A DNA stretch of 35,987 bases from Okamejei kenojei (lineage: Eukaryota), in NCBI GenBank assembly GCA_035221665.1, contig JAVHYY010000912.1, forward strand, positions 62,001 to 97,987. The letters run 5' to 3'. The notes under the pieces were generated by a model. The model had not been told where the DNA came from and searched no databases. It saw nothing but the letters and a program-made list of their open reading frames with translations. Shown here piece by piece: positions 21,566 to 33,550 of this stretch. How positions within the stretch are numbered: position 1 is the first letter of the stretch; each line of letters begins with the position of its first letter. The translations under genes were made by a program, and so were the position numbers.

Positions 21566-23639
21566 TATATATCCGCTCACCTACTTGTGAGGTTAAACAT
21601 GCAGCACTTCCAAGAGAACCAGACACCCTTACATCCATGGTTACCGGCGGGCCTGACGTTCTGGTTCCTGGTGTTCCGTTGAATTGTGTTGAGGTGCTGC
21701 CGGCGTGTAGGTCCTTACTGGTCTTTCAGGTGGCCCCCGAGGTTTTCCACATGGTGTTTGTCTGCACACTGCCGGCCTGCTGGAGGGAGGTGGGTTCATC
21801 AACCCGTCGGCCTTCCCCTCCTAATCCAGGTCCTAGACCTGTTTGGGCAGGTTCTCACCGAACAGCTGTTTCGGTGGTGGCGTCGCAGATGCCAAGTACA
21901 ACCCCGCAAATAAGTGGTTTGGAGTCGGTTTGATGGCGATTCTCCGGGAAGTGTTAACTTCATGACTAATATTGCAAGAGCATCCTCCTGTTCTGCCGCC
22001 ATTTCCATGCCGTCAACCGACCTGGCAAAGGCAGTAATCCCCGACGTTCGGTCACATCCTGCCGCTAAAGTGGGGTGCGCTGACTGACATGAGACTACAC
22101 CGGCCCGCGTTCTGGCAGGCTCCCCCGGCGGTGAGTCTATGCCGGGCGCACATGCGGGGTTGCAGACCCAGGCCTCAATCCTTCACCGGCCCGTGAACTG
22201 GCGGCTGCTCCGGTGGAAAGTCGACCCCGGCTCCTACAGCGGGGTTTAACCGACTGTTGTGCGATTCTTTCCCTGGTCCTCTCTCTGGAGACCTGCTTAG
22301 TTGGGGAGAGAGAACGTGCCGCCAGGCGAATAACACGTTTACGCACCTTAACCACTGTCCCTATGCTTAGGTGACAGTGGTAGGGAGTCAGGGTCTTGCC
22401 TACCTGCGCGGTGCTCTTACCACTCTACGGCTCCACGGCCAGCCGTGGTGGAGAATCGGGTCCTGGCTGCTGCAGGGCTCCTCGGTTTCCGCGTTCTTAT
22501 CTCGGCCCACAGAGCGGGCGCTGCCGGTGTTGCTGGCAGCTCCGCGAATAGTGGGCGCTGACTCCCATCCGAAGTCCCATGGTCCTGGGAGGCATACTAC
22601 GATGCCTTCATTCTGGACTCCCATCCATTGTTTCTGTAAGCAAAGTCTAGTACAGAAGCTAAACAACTCAAGGTTACTATCTTACCTGAGGGTCTTTATG
22701 AGCTTCCGGTGGAGGAGCGCACTCTTCCCCCCCCCCCCCCCCCGCAGCTCCAAAGGTGACCAGACTCTCATGCGGGGACATAGACTGCCGCTAACCGGCA
22801 AGGCTCCGCGTGTGTGTGAGTCGGAGCACCGGCTCTGTCTACCACCTCTATAGGTTTAGCATAGCCGTCATTCCGCGGTATAGCTGCTGTCTGCGGCTTT
22901 CCTGCTCTGCCTTCGCTACCCGCGAATGGCAGTCTCCGAGCCCGGACCCTCCTGGTCCACGAGCTTGCCCGACTGCCGGATAGCGTTGCCGTCACGGCCT
23001 GCGAACAGCGAGTGTGGGCCCGGACCCTACCGGGTCAACGAGCTGCCCAAGCTCCCCGGTGTATAAATGTAGTCGGGGCAACGGCGTAAGTAGAACCGTC
23101 AGCCCACAGAGTCATTGCGTGGCTGTGGTGTAGAGTCGGGGCTGCCGCTGTGCCGTTGCCTGCAAGCCCCACTCCCTGTTGATTCAGACAGCCCGCAGTG
23201 TTCCTACGGGTTGCGGTGTAGAGTCCTTTATTCATGCCGCCAGCCCGCGGTGTTCTGCAGGCTGCTGTGTTGAGTCGGGCTGCCTCTGCCCGTCCCTCCG
23301 GACCGGCGAGTGTGAACCCGGACCCTCCTGGGTCAACGGGCTCTTCCCGACTCCGGTTGGTTGCTGCCGCCGCTGACTGCCCGCATTCCCGCGCCCGCAG
23401 TCAATCCGAAGCGGCCTGGAGTACTCTGAAAACAGAGTCCCTAAAAGTGTAAAAAGGACCGCAGGTTAGTTTTTCTTACCTGCATGTCCCTGCAGTACAG
23501 GAGCAACACTCCTCACTGCCTGTTGCTCACATGCGGTCGACGATATGTCGCGCATGCGTGCCTGGCGGGGTCTTCACGAAGTCACTCACGTGACTCCGAA
23601 GTAAAATACAATTTAGTTCATTAGAAAATTAATTGAATT

Positions 23640-23938
23640 TAGGTTAGTTTAGAGATACAACGCAGAAAAACAGGTCCCTCGGCCCACCGAGACCACATCG
23701 ACCAGCGAACCCCACAAAGTAACACTATCCTACACACACTGGGGATAATTTACACTTACAGCGAGCCAAGTAACCTACTTGCCTGTACGCCACAGATCAC
23801 GGAGAGAACACACGAGGTCACGGAGATGACCTATCAATCTCCGTGCAGACAGCACCCCGTAGTCGGGATCGAGCTCGGGTCTCCGACGCCGGAAGTGATG
23901 TAAGACAGCAGGTCTACTGATGCGCCACCGTGACCGCC
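23640..23938 (-). mobile_element. tRNA-derived HE1-like SINE (paralog 32735-33030)
   Basis: Minus strand starts GGCGGTCACGGTGGCGCA (box A-like) and has GCTCGATCCC (box B-like). Ends GGGACCTGTTTT..GTTGTATCTCTAAACTAA. Confidence 0.8.
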
Positions 23939-26900
23939 GGAATTTAATTTATGTGGGTTGGAATGGTGAGCAGATCAATAATTCACGCGAATGCTTTGCG
24001 GTTCTCGGAGCACACCGTGAATGTTAGTATATGAACAAAACGCATTTTCGCAGAGAATAATAAAGAAAGGTGTGTGTGCCAAGTCAAAAACGATTTCCAC
24101 TCGCTAAAAACACCCTTAAAATAACAATATTGCCTTCTCGTCCTTGAATGAATAGTGGTAAGTAAATGTTTGATGAAGCGAGCAGTGGAAACTCATCAGT
24201 TTGAAACTGGAGATGAACAAACTAACAAAATAATTTGCAGCAATTTGAAGTGTGACATAAGGTTGTTAAAGAAGAGGAGCGTCTTGGCGTTGAAATGTTT
24301 TCCATCTCAATTTCGGATTCCATGCCTTTCTCTTAACATCTCCGCTGCGCCATTTTTCAAGGCCATTGACCACATATCGCGCTAGTAGTGGTTTTGCCCT
24401 TATCCCCTTTCATCCCCTGGACGAAGCTCGATTCTTTAAATATTATTATCAGTGGCATTAGATTTATGTATGTTGTAGGATAATTTCAATGAAATCATTG
24501 AGAATTGTTGTGACTGTTATTATGAAGAGCGCGCGCCGGTGTGGAAATCTTTGGCGACTTGATGTATATCTTTATCATTCTCTTAGAAAATTCTTGTTGC
24601 CCATATTTACCCGGCGTGGTTCACCCCAAGATCTGCCTCAAACGATTACTGTATTCAGATGAAGTATACCGTAAGTCCAACAGTAGCAGTGCCCCTAAGT
24701 TCCAACTCTGTAGTTCTGTGATTGATCGGGAGTATTGGCAAATAAGTTTGCAGTCTAGTTACCGGATGACCAACTAACCGGGATACATGCCTGTGTACAT
24801 TGTGATTGACGATCCTTCCATCTATAACAATAAACATACGAGGTTATTCTGCGATCAGTTATTTTCGCAGCTGAGTTTAGGCAGATCAAAAAAACATTCG
24901 AACATTTTCTAAGACACGACAACATTTTCCAGAAAGATATCCACTTTAACGAAGAAAATGTTATGAAGCATCGTGTCTTTATTTGAAATAAAGATAATTT
25001 TCATTTAGCTTCTTTCGCTTTCGTATCTAGAAATTGGGATCGTGCTAAGCGTTTACTTCGTATATCTAACCCGTTCTGCTGGAACAGCCTTCCAGTCCAT
25101 TCTTGAAAGCAATCACAAATTGATCCAATTCCGTGTAAATAAGGCCAGACCTTATTTATACCAGTGAAGGGAACACATTTTGCAATTTCGTAATGCGTTA
25201 CTCATTTTCTGCTTTCCTTATGATGCAGCAGATATTATATTTGCCTTCCGCATTTGAAAATATTGTAGTGCATGGGAAACAAGTGACAAATGACTATAGT
25301 TGCTGGAATCTGCAGCACAAGTAAAATTACGTGTCTAAGGATCTCAGCGGCGTCTGCCAGAAATTGTATAAGAAAATGAAATGCGTGAGACCAGTTGTGG
25401 TACACGAACTGTGAATCCCCACCTGAGGATTAAAGAATTAGTGGATGGACTCTGGTGAGGGAGAGACGGGTGGGTATAACAGCAGAGCTTGATACGAAGC
25501 CTGTTCTTCGTTGTCCACATGGGGCATCCTTTGTTGCAAACCCATTCTCGCAACTTCCCAATTCGGCCTCCTCTGCGCGGACTACGGCTTGTGGACGGCA
25601 TCTTAGAACCAGGCAGTTAAGTACAGGCTATATTATTATTTCCACACTTAAAGTCCGTCCCGGCCTCAAATTGGTTGGAACCACTTTGCTCCCAATTTTT
25701 CCTAATCGTTTTGGGTCTGTAACCCGAAGGTTACACCGACTCAACATGGTGAGGGGTGATGTAATCTATAGCAAAAAAAAACATTTGCTGGAGCTGTGTC
25801 CACTTGAACCTGCTGGGAACAAGTATCCTGGCAATAGCACAACGGGGCGGTAGATAGGGCTTGATGCTGCAAGTAGCAAGTGTCAATATGAGTTTTTGCA
25901 AAAACACATATAGGAGGTACGCAGGATGACGTGATGTGTTGTAGGTTACACAGACTCACTTCGTCATCGTTTCCGCTCATCGAGGCCTTTCCTTTTTTGC
26001 AGCAGACCACGGATGGATTCGGGGGCCGGTGTTGTAAATGGCTGACGCCATCTCAGAAATAGGAGCCGCGCCAGGCTTCAATGTGTCAATGAGCCAGTGT
26101 GGCATCGCTCTCCGTCATGTGCGCGGCTGCGATGACGTTATCAATAAGGACTCGATGTAACACTCTCTGCTGCAATGGCAACATTGCATTGCCCAATTAT
26201 CGCCAATGCTGGGAGCACACTGATGAAGAAGGTGAGGTTTATCCTCGTCGCCATTAAGCAATACATTTTTTCAATCTCGGTAGCATTCTCTCATAATCGC
26301 ACTGAGTTTCTGTTTGAATGCCACGTGTTATCTTCCCTCGAGCTAACAATGATATTCGACATTTCCTTGATCACTGTCTGCATAAGATATATCGTTTTCC
26401 ACACCTTAACCTTCCATATCGCTAGTCTCCCTCTCCCTGACTCCCAGTCTCGACCCTAAAACGTCACCATTTTCTTCGCAGGATATGCATCCTGCCCCTG
26501 ATGTTACACCAGCATTCGGTGTCTATCACGGCAGGATTGAACTCCATAAAGTTAGATTTAAGGCCGGTGTGCACTTTCGCCCCCATTTGTGGACATCTGG
26601 ATTTGATTCTGGAATATTGTTGTTCTGCTACATTGCAGAGAACTTTATTTAGCACACTGTATCTTTCGCCTTTGCCCTAATCCATAGCAGTTCGGTATTG
26701 AAAGGGTTGTTTCAGGATCGTTATTGATCTTCTGGCTAGTATGCAATGCATAATTCATCACTGTATCTCTGACAATTAAAATTTAAAACCCAATCCATGT
26801 GGTTTTTCCAGACATCGATATGGAATTCTTTCACACAGATACTGCCTCAACACGGAGCAAGAAAAGGGGTTCAAGCTGCGCCGAAGGGACACCGGCAAGC

Positions 26901-27009
26901 CGACTTGAAGAAACTGAGGTGAGTTGGAAGAATTCTCAGGCGGCGGGAAACCACAACCACCAAGGCTGTGCAGACGTATCTAGCTGCAGCAGGCAAATGC
27001 AGAAGCTGA

Positions 27010-27047
27010 TGTTCTTGTTGAAGGTTTCATATGTTTCAATCACTGTT
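27010..27047 (-). promoter_or_regulatory. Degenerate RSS of the unit B minus-strand V
   Basis: Heptamer AACAGTG (CAC broken as written), 22-nt spacer, nonamer ACAAGAACA. Confidence 0.7.
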
Positions 27048-27535
27048 GCGGCTAAAGGCGCAGTAATAAACTGCAGAGTCGCTCAGCTTCAGGCCCGGAT
27101 AGGGGTTAAACGGAATAATTTATATGGTCTGGAGCGGGGGAGAGATCGATCGCTGCAAAAATTGGCTTTATCCTCGGTTCCTTGTGAAATTATTGCTCAG
27201 TATGAATCGGTGCTTGCGTCATGATGATGCCGTACCAACTAATTAGTAGTACGTTTCTGCGGTGTCATAGGTGCAGCTGAACGCCACGGGATTTCCGTCT
27301 ACCTTCTGTGCTGGGACGGCAGCGACTGTGTGACGGTATCTCCATGATTGGGATCTGGAAAAAACATATATGGATTATGTTTAGGTTTGCTATGCGTTCA
27401 ACAAAATACGCGGAAGACCTATGTATTTACATGTACTCAACACTGATCAAATGATAATATACATAATTCAATCAAATCAAACGTACGTACAATAGAATAT
27501 TAAGTGAAGTGGCGTCGTGCAGAAATAAAGTTATT
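27048..27535 (-). pseudogene. TCR alpha/delta-type V segment, paralog of 14145-14627, disrupted as assembled
   Basis: PNHGDTVTQSLPS...VAFSCTYDTAETY...WY...GLKLSDSAVYYCAFSR with multiple frameshifts. Leader ATG missing; donor GTACGT at 27486; V exon starts at 27354. Confidence 0.88.
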
Positions 27536-28535
27536 ATTATTGTAGCGAATCAGTTTCAGAGACAAGGCCAATGTCGACACTGGGGTAGACCTGCATCGCA
27601 TACCTCGCTTGCATATCGAGGTGAACTGTACTGCGCGGCTTAAAGTTAGTAAGAGGAACTGCAACTGCTGACCTAACTGAAGTTAGGACACGAAAGTGGA
27701 GGAGCTCAGCGGGTCAGCCAGCCCTGTCTTGACAAAAAGAATAGGTGACTTGCACGAAGGGTCTCGACCAGAAAACATTACCCATACCAATTAATTGTCT
27801 CCATTGGCATATGGATGGCGATTAGGTTTTACCCGGCTTTCCATTATACATATAGAAAAATGATTAGACCGGTTCGCATTCACAATGATAGTCGACGTTC
27901 CGTCGGTGTAAGTAGGCCGGATTTAACTGCTGCGACACTTACCTATTCAGACATGCTCCCCATTACAATCAAATGGCAAATACGCGATTTTCCAGTGAAA
28001 ACCCCTTTGTGATGTTCTCCTCGACCTGGTGGCATGTGCGGCTTCCGGATGTTCTGGCCTCTCCTCCCTGTGCTGTGGTAACGATGGGCGGGAAGCGGAC
28101 AGATTTCCGGCCACCTCAACTTCCTCTCATTTGGGACTCGGCCGCGTTCTTTCAGGTTTTAGGCATGTAGTGTCTGGGTGTGGTCGAAACGTCGCTGTAA
28201 CAGGGGCTATTGGTCGGCTTTATGAGAACTCTAAGGTATCAGATGCCAATGGAACTGTATGTGCGGAGTCAATGAGGAATTATATGTTACGTTGGTTGCC
28301 TAGCGAAATGTACTATCTGTTAAAATGTTTCTCGAGTTACAAATTATTCCCTTTCCCTGTTCGCCCCCCCCCCCCCCCCCCCCAACCGCACTGAACGGAT
28401 TCGATGCGAGATTAGGATACGGACGCCACTTTAGAGCATTGCGTTCACGTTTTGGGCACGTGCAGATGAATAGCACTGTTTGTCAAGCAGGAAATTGTGC
28501 GAGAAGATTGCGACGATGTGCCAGCACCAAAGGCA

Positions 28536-28860
28536 GTTAGTTTTGTTTAGGTGTAGTTCAGAGATACAGGCGCCGGAATCTGGCCCGTCGGCCACCACCG
28601 AAGTGCGCACCTATCAGTGAATCCCGCACATCAACAATTACCCTACACACACGAGGGACAGTTTTACATTTATAGCAAGCCAATTAATTACACATATGTA
28701 CGTCTTTGTAGTGTTGGGCGGAAAAACACATGATCTCGGAGGAAAACCCACGCCAAGCCATGGGGGGAAAGTACAAAACTGTGTCAGACAAGCACCCGTG
28801 TCAGGATACCGTGTCTCTGGCGCAGTAAGGAGGTATCTTACCGCTACGCACCGTGCCCGC
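28536..28860 (-). mobile_element. HE1-like SINE present only in unit B, within an old LINE fragment
   Basis: Same layout as 23640-23938 (GGCGGGCACGGTGCGTAGCGGTAAGA start on the minus strand; TGTATCTCTGAACTA end). Confidence 0.72.
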
Positions 28861-29018
28861 CGTTGCCACTGAGTAAACTGGTGAGGATGAGTGGGCTAGG
28901 CCTTTATTCCATGATGCGAGGGGGTTGAAGGGGTTACAAATGAGAGAATAGATCGGGTAAACGATCAGTCACTTGCACAGTGGAGGGGATAGAGAACCAG
29001 AGGGAAAACACGTTTAAG

Positions 29019-29019
<1 letters not shown>

Positions 29020-29063
<44 letters not shown>

Positions 29064-29089
29064 GTGTGTGTGTGTGTGTGTGTGTGTGT
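29020..29089. repeat. (TG)n microsatellite
   Basis: ~70 bp near-perfect TG run. Confidence 0.97.
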
Positions 29090-30529
29090 GGGGATTTAAT
29101 AGGATCCAGAGGGGTTGCCTTTTTCGCAAATCGGTGTTGGGTGTCTGGATCGAGCTACAGTGGTTATGTAGTAGATGAATGGTACTTGGCGACAACTTTG
29201 GAAAGCGTGCTTGGAAAGGGTAGATCATCGGAGAAAACTGGGGCCAAGCGAGGTTGATGGGATTAGTGAAGATGGGACTTATGGTCGTGTTAGTTTGTGT
29301 GTGTTAATGTGCGCGTGGTTGTGTGTGTGAAGAGAGAAAAAGAGAGTAGAGTGGGAGACTCTGTTCGCTGTCTTGGCCCCATGCACATGTGATCAATTCA
29401 TTTTTTTCGTGGCAGAGGTAATTGATTTGAGAGGTGTTTGGGGTTGTAAACTTATGTCGTACATTATCTGCTTGCAGGCGATTTTACCATGTTATTTAGA
29501 GTCGTGGGAGTATAGAGCTTGGAAATATGCCATCTGCTCAATCCGCCCACATCGACCAAAATGCGCCTTCTACTTAGGTCTATTTGCATGCGCGTGCCCA
29601 TATATCTCTTATACTTTCCTCTCCATGTACCTATTCGAAAGGTATTTAAAAGTTGAGATGGGTAACTGCCTCAAAAACCTTCTCTGGCACCTCGTTGTCC
29701 ATACACGCTCCAACAATGAGTGAAAAAGCTTCTCCCAAGTTCTTATTAAATCTCTCCGTCTCCTCTAACACAAAAAAAACCCTACTTGGGTAGGAAAAAC
29801 TCTGTGATACACGCTGCCTATACCTTGTGAGGTAAGCAGAATCAGCATCAAAGGTGAGAGAAGCAATTTAAATCTTATGTCGATATTCTTGTATAGAAAA
29901 AGAAATTCGCATAGACAGACCCACCTATCGCCACATGGCGCGGAATGCCCGCAGGTCGCTAGCATCCGTGAAGGGAATGGACTAGGGCGACGTGTTGAGT
30001 CGGGACGCTTCGTTGGTCTGCTTGTGAGCTACTGACCCAAAACTCGCCTGTCTATTTTCCTCTGTGTTCAAGCCCGAACTACGAGCTTTTCCGGTACTTT
30101 CCATTCGCTCCAATTATTTCTACATCGTCAGTTTCACGTCGTTCGAAAGCAAATATAGACCAAATTTGTCGTTATGTAGATAACTGGGAAAATGTGGTTG
30201 TATTGGCACGTTATTGTGATTGTCATTACGTGCAGAGTTAGGGGGGGGAGTGCACGGCATCCAGTCGGGGACATGCAGTCCTTCGCGGAGGTTTGGAAGA
30301 TATTGATTGGAAATGTGTGGCGATTTGGAGGACTCCACAGGACGGTATCTCCATTGTCCCCATTCATGGAGTATAGCGCGTGCGTCCATATGGGGCAATT
30401 TATATGTACAGGTCTTTCCACTCTATCCCCAGTCCTAAGTGCAAACGGAGACATGTACAGTATTTCCTTTGACTGCTTACACGCAAACAATAGTTTATTT
30501 TAACCCTATTTCTTATTATTTACGTGCAA

Positions 30530-30705
30530 TAAACAAACTAATCTAAACAAACTAATACTAAACTAAACTAAACAACTAAACACAACTAAACTAAACTTAA
30601 CTAAAACTTAACTTAACTGAATGAATTGAACTCAATAAAAGGTATGAATCTAAACTAAACTGAACTGAACTATCAACGGAAGTGGAACTAAACTAAACTT
30701 AATGA
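30530..30705. repeat. Degenerate (AAACT)n tract, unit B
   Basis: Paralog of 17390-17595. Confidence 0.88.
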
Positions 30706-30997
30706 AACTCAAAGACATGATTTGGGAGCAGTTCAATGCACATGACTTTCAGTTATATACGTTGTCGTACATTTGCTCATCATATTTCTTCACCGAGCTC
30801 CTTGTGTAACAACAATTTCGATTTTATTGCTTCAGATTTTTTCCCTTTAAAAGTGCAGTGGTCTCCAGCGCAGCTGTTTGCGTCAACAGATAGACCCACC
30901 CCGTCACCGCGATTGGTACAGCCAACGAGACACGGGGCACAACGAGGGAGCGCTATGTTTGCCGCCAGCGCATTCAACAACTCAGCTGACAGACACC

Positions 30998-31477
30998 ATG
31001 TGGGGTTATTTTTTTGTCCCCTCCATTTAAATTTCTGGATGGCATGGGGAACATTTTTGAAAAGTAATAGTGACACGCATACATTTCTTTTCTCTTTTAT
31101 CGTTTAAACAATGTATGAATCTCGGAATTTAAATCTCTTGCTGGCTGATAATTTTATCCGTTTGGATCTATCTTTACTTCAGGCGTGCAAATGTTGTCAC
31201 TCAGTCATGCCTTTAGCATTAAAACAGAAGGTGAAGCAGTGACGTTGGAATGCACCTACAAAACACCAAGTGCCTACAGTATAATACTGGTATCGACAGA
31301 TGCCCGGCTCAGAGCCGAGTAAACTTTACGCAAAGACAGGGATGCGATGAATGGAAAGCAGAGTTTGCTGTTGGTCGTTTCTCTGTCGAACACGCACGGG
31401 AGAAAATTCATCTGTTTGACCATCCTCAGATCTGGGGAGCTGAGCGACTCTGCGTGTATTACTGCACTTTGAGGCCG
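30998..31477 (+). pseudogene. TCR alpha/delta-type V segment, full-length paralog of 17886-18245, disrupted as assembled
   Basis: Leader from ATG 30998 to GTAATA at 31064. V reads across frameshifts as ANVVTQS..IKTEGEAVTLECTYKTPSAYS/YWYRQMPGSEP/TLRKDRD/DEWKAEFAVGRFSVE.../ELSDSA/VYYCTLRP. Confidence 0.88.
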
Positions 31478-31516
31478 CACAGTGATGGAATCAGTATACA
31501 CCCGCTACAGAAAACC
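31478..31516 (+). promoter_or_regulatory. RSS with 22/23-bp spacer
   Basis: CACAGTG 31478-31484, spacer ATGGAATCAGTATACACCCGCT, then ACAGAAAACC at 31507-31516. Confidence 0.88.
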
Positions 31517-32734
31517 TTTGTGGCTCGGATGGAATCCAATGCAAGCCTCACACGGGTTTCCCTGTTCGCGGTTTTCCTGGTCATTCTGAGAATTGTTTAC
31601 AAAGCAGGTTTGGTACGTTTTCGTAGGTGCGTCCGGGTTCGTCAATTCGCTGAAAGCTGTCTCTTCCTTCCGTTTACTGACCCTGTTCTTTTTGCATTCT
31701 CTGCCCATCTCTCTCTCGCTTTACAACAGCTTCGAAAATTAAGTTTCGCAACTTACCGTTCTCATCATACGCGGTTAGATTTTCGGAATGTTCCGTGTTC
31801 TATTCAGTTCCGAACATTCTTCATTCAAAGCACCATTAGTGCTTCATTAATTGCAACCTCATGGGTTAACGTTTCCCACAAATAGGTGGCGATTTGTAGG
31901 GAACGAGCTGCCGGACGTGGATGTTAAGAAGGGGTTTATCGCAACGATGAAGAAACATTTCACAGGGACATTGATTGGGACAGGTTTTAAAGGGACATGA
32001 TAAAAACGCAGGAGGCTGGTGTATAAAGTGATGGAATTACTCATCGGACAGGCTGTATTCTGCAGAGAAGGACTGGGTGCGTTTTCGGTTTCGGGCCCTT
32101 CTTCAGTCGTCTTCAGATGGGGCATGTTGGTCGGCGATGGGCAGTTAGGCCGAAGGACCTGTTTGCTTGCTGTATTACTTTATGACTCCATATTAAATCA
32201 TTCTTGACTCTACGACAGCAGTAATTGATTCGTGTTAGGACAACAGCATGAAAAGAGGTTCCTTTAGTCCACAAGAGTGCACGCCCCGGCCATCACTCAC
32301 CAGTTCCTGTGTTTAAGAGGAAATGCAGATGCTGGAATATCGAGGTAGGCAAACGATGCTGAGAAGCTCAGCGGGTGCGGTTGCTGCGCATCTTCGCTCC
32401 ATAGATGCTGCCGACCCCGAGTTTCGCCATCACTTTTATCTCCTAGCAGTTCACATAGCTCCTACATTCGCATCATAATTCCGACGCATGAAGGCAAATG
32501 TTGACATTGGCCAAATTAACCTACAATCTCGCACACGACATCAGAGATATGGGGAGAAACCGCAGGGAAGATAATCGGTCGCATGAATAACAAGTGACAC
32601 ACACAGGCCAGACCGCAGGTGAAATCAACGGAACGCTTCACACTGTTCCATGGTTTTAGGGGTGAGTCGCATGGAGCAGATGGGGCATCAACGGTTTTAA
32701 TACAATTTAGTTCATTCGAACAATGAATTCAGTT

Positions 32735-33030
32735 TTGTTTCGTTTAAAATACAACACAAAAAAAGGTCCCTGGCCCATCGAGACCGCCGACCAACGAGAG
32801 CCCCACACATTTAACATTTCCCCCAACACACGGGGATAATTTCAGTTACACAAGACAATTATCCTACATACCTGTACGCCATAGATCTCGGAGAACTACC
32901 CACGAGGTCATGGCGCGATACGTAACAAACTCCCGTACAGCAGCACCCGTTAGTCGGGATCGAAGTCGTGTTCGGGCGCTGCAAGTGCTGTAAGGCAGCA
33001 CACACCACTGCTGCGCCACCGTGGACCGCC
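32735..33030 (-). mobile_element. HE1-like SINE, paralog of 23640-23938 (predates the duplication)
   Basis: Same position and flanks as the unit A copy. Confidence 0.78.
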
Positions 33031-33550
33031 CGGAATTTTAATTTTGATTGGGTTGGATGGTGGGCGGGATAAATTATTCACGCGAATGCTTTTGCGGTTT
33101 GGGGAGCACGTCGTGATTGTTGGTTTATGAACACACACATTTTCGCAGAGATTAGTAAAGAAGGCACCAAGTAAAATATATTTCCTCATCGCTAATAAAC
33201 CCCTTCAACATAACAAAATAGCCTTTCTCCTCCTTGGAATGAATAGTGGTTGGTAAATGTTTGAGGAGCAAGTGGATCTCTCATTGAAATTGGAGATGAA
33301 AAACCAACAAAATAATTTGAAGTTTTTGAGTGTGACATATGGTTGTTTAAGTAGGCAGCGTTTTGCGTTCAAAATCATTCTTATCAATCTCGGATCAAAT
33401 GTCTTTCTCTTTCCAATCTCCTCTGTGCCATTTACATAGCCATTGGTCACATATCGGCCCTACTTCGTTGCCTTTGCCATATCTCCGTTTCACCCCTTCA
33501 CTCGATTGTTATAATCTATTATCAGTGGCATTTGTTTTATGTATGTTGTA

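Larger units (their letters stand above)
19347..23607 (-). mobile_element. DIRS1-like tyrosine-recombinase retrotransposon copy 2 (different subfamily; RT core apparently deleted)
   Basis: ITRs ~19421-19455 and ~23545-23579; ICR 19567-19678. YR, methyltransferase, RNase H and RT C-terminal remnants present. Absent from unit B (empty site GGTTTTAATACAATTTAG at 32693-32710). Confidence 0.94.
709..24465. repeat. Tandem segmental duplication unit A (V-pair cassette plus ~15 kb of unit-specific TE insertions)
   Basis: Colinear similarity to unit B: 760-1075 ~ 24520-24835; 8709-9626 ~ 24838-25786; 12924-19346 ~ 25787-32700; 23608-24478 ~ 32700-33550. Confidence 0.92.
24466..33550. repeat. Tandem segmental duplication unit B (lacks the DIRS and CR1 insertions of unit A)
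   Basis: Colinear with unit A. Differs by many substitutions and small indels, by lacking A ~16210-16535 and ~16850-17030, and by extra sequence at ~28460-29020. Confidence 0.92.

Noticed and set aside
1075-23607. All four large insertions in unit A are on the minus strand
   Set aside because: Too few events, and Rex1 and CR1 copy 3 are on the plus strand.
28965-29257. His/Thr and Cys/Val repeat ORFs
   Set aside because: Translations of the (TG)n microsatellite.
31250-31885. 211-aa ORF as a novel gene
   Set aside because: Out-of-frame read-through of the frameshifted V exon, RSS and 3' flank; only short stretches are in the V frame.
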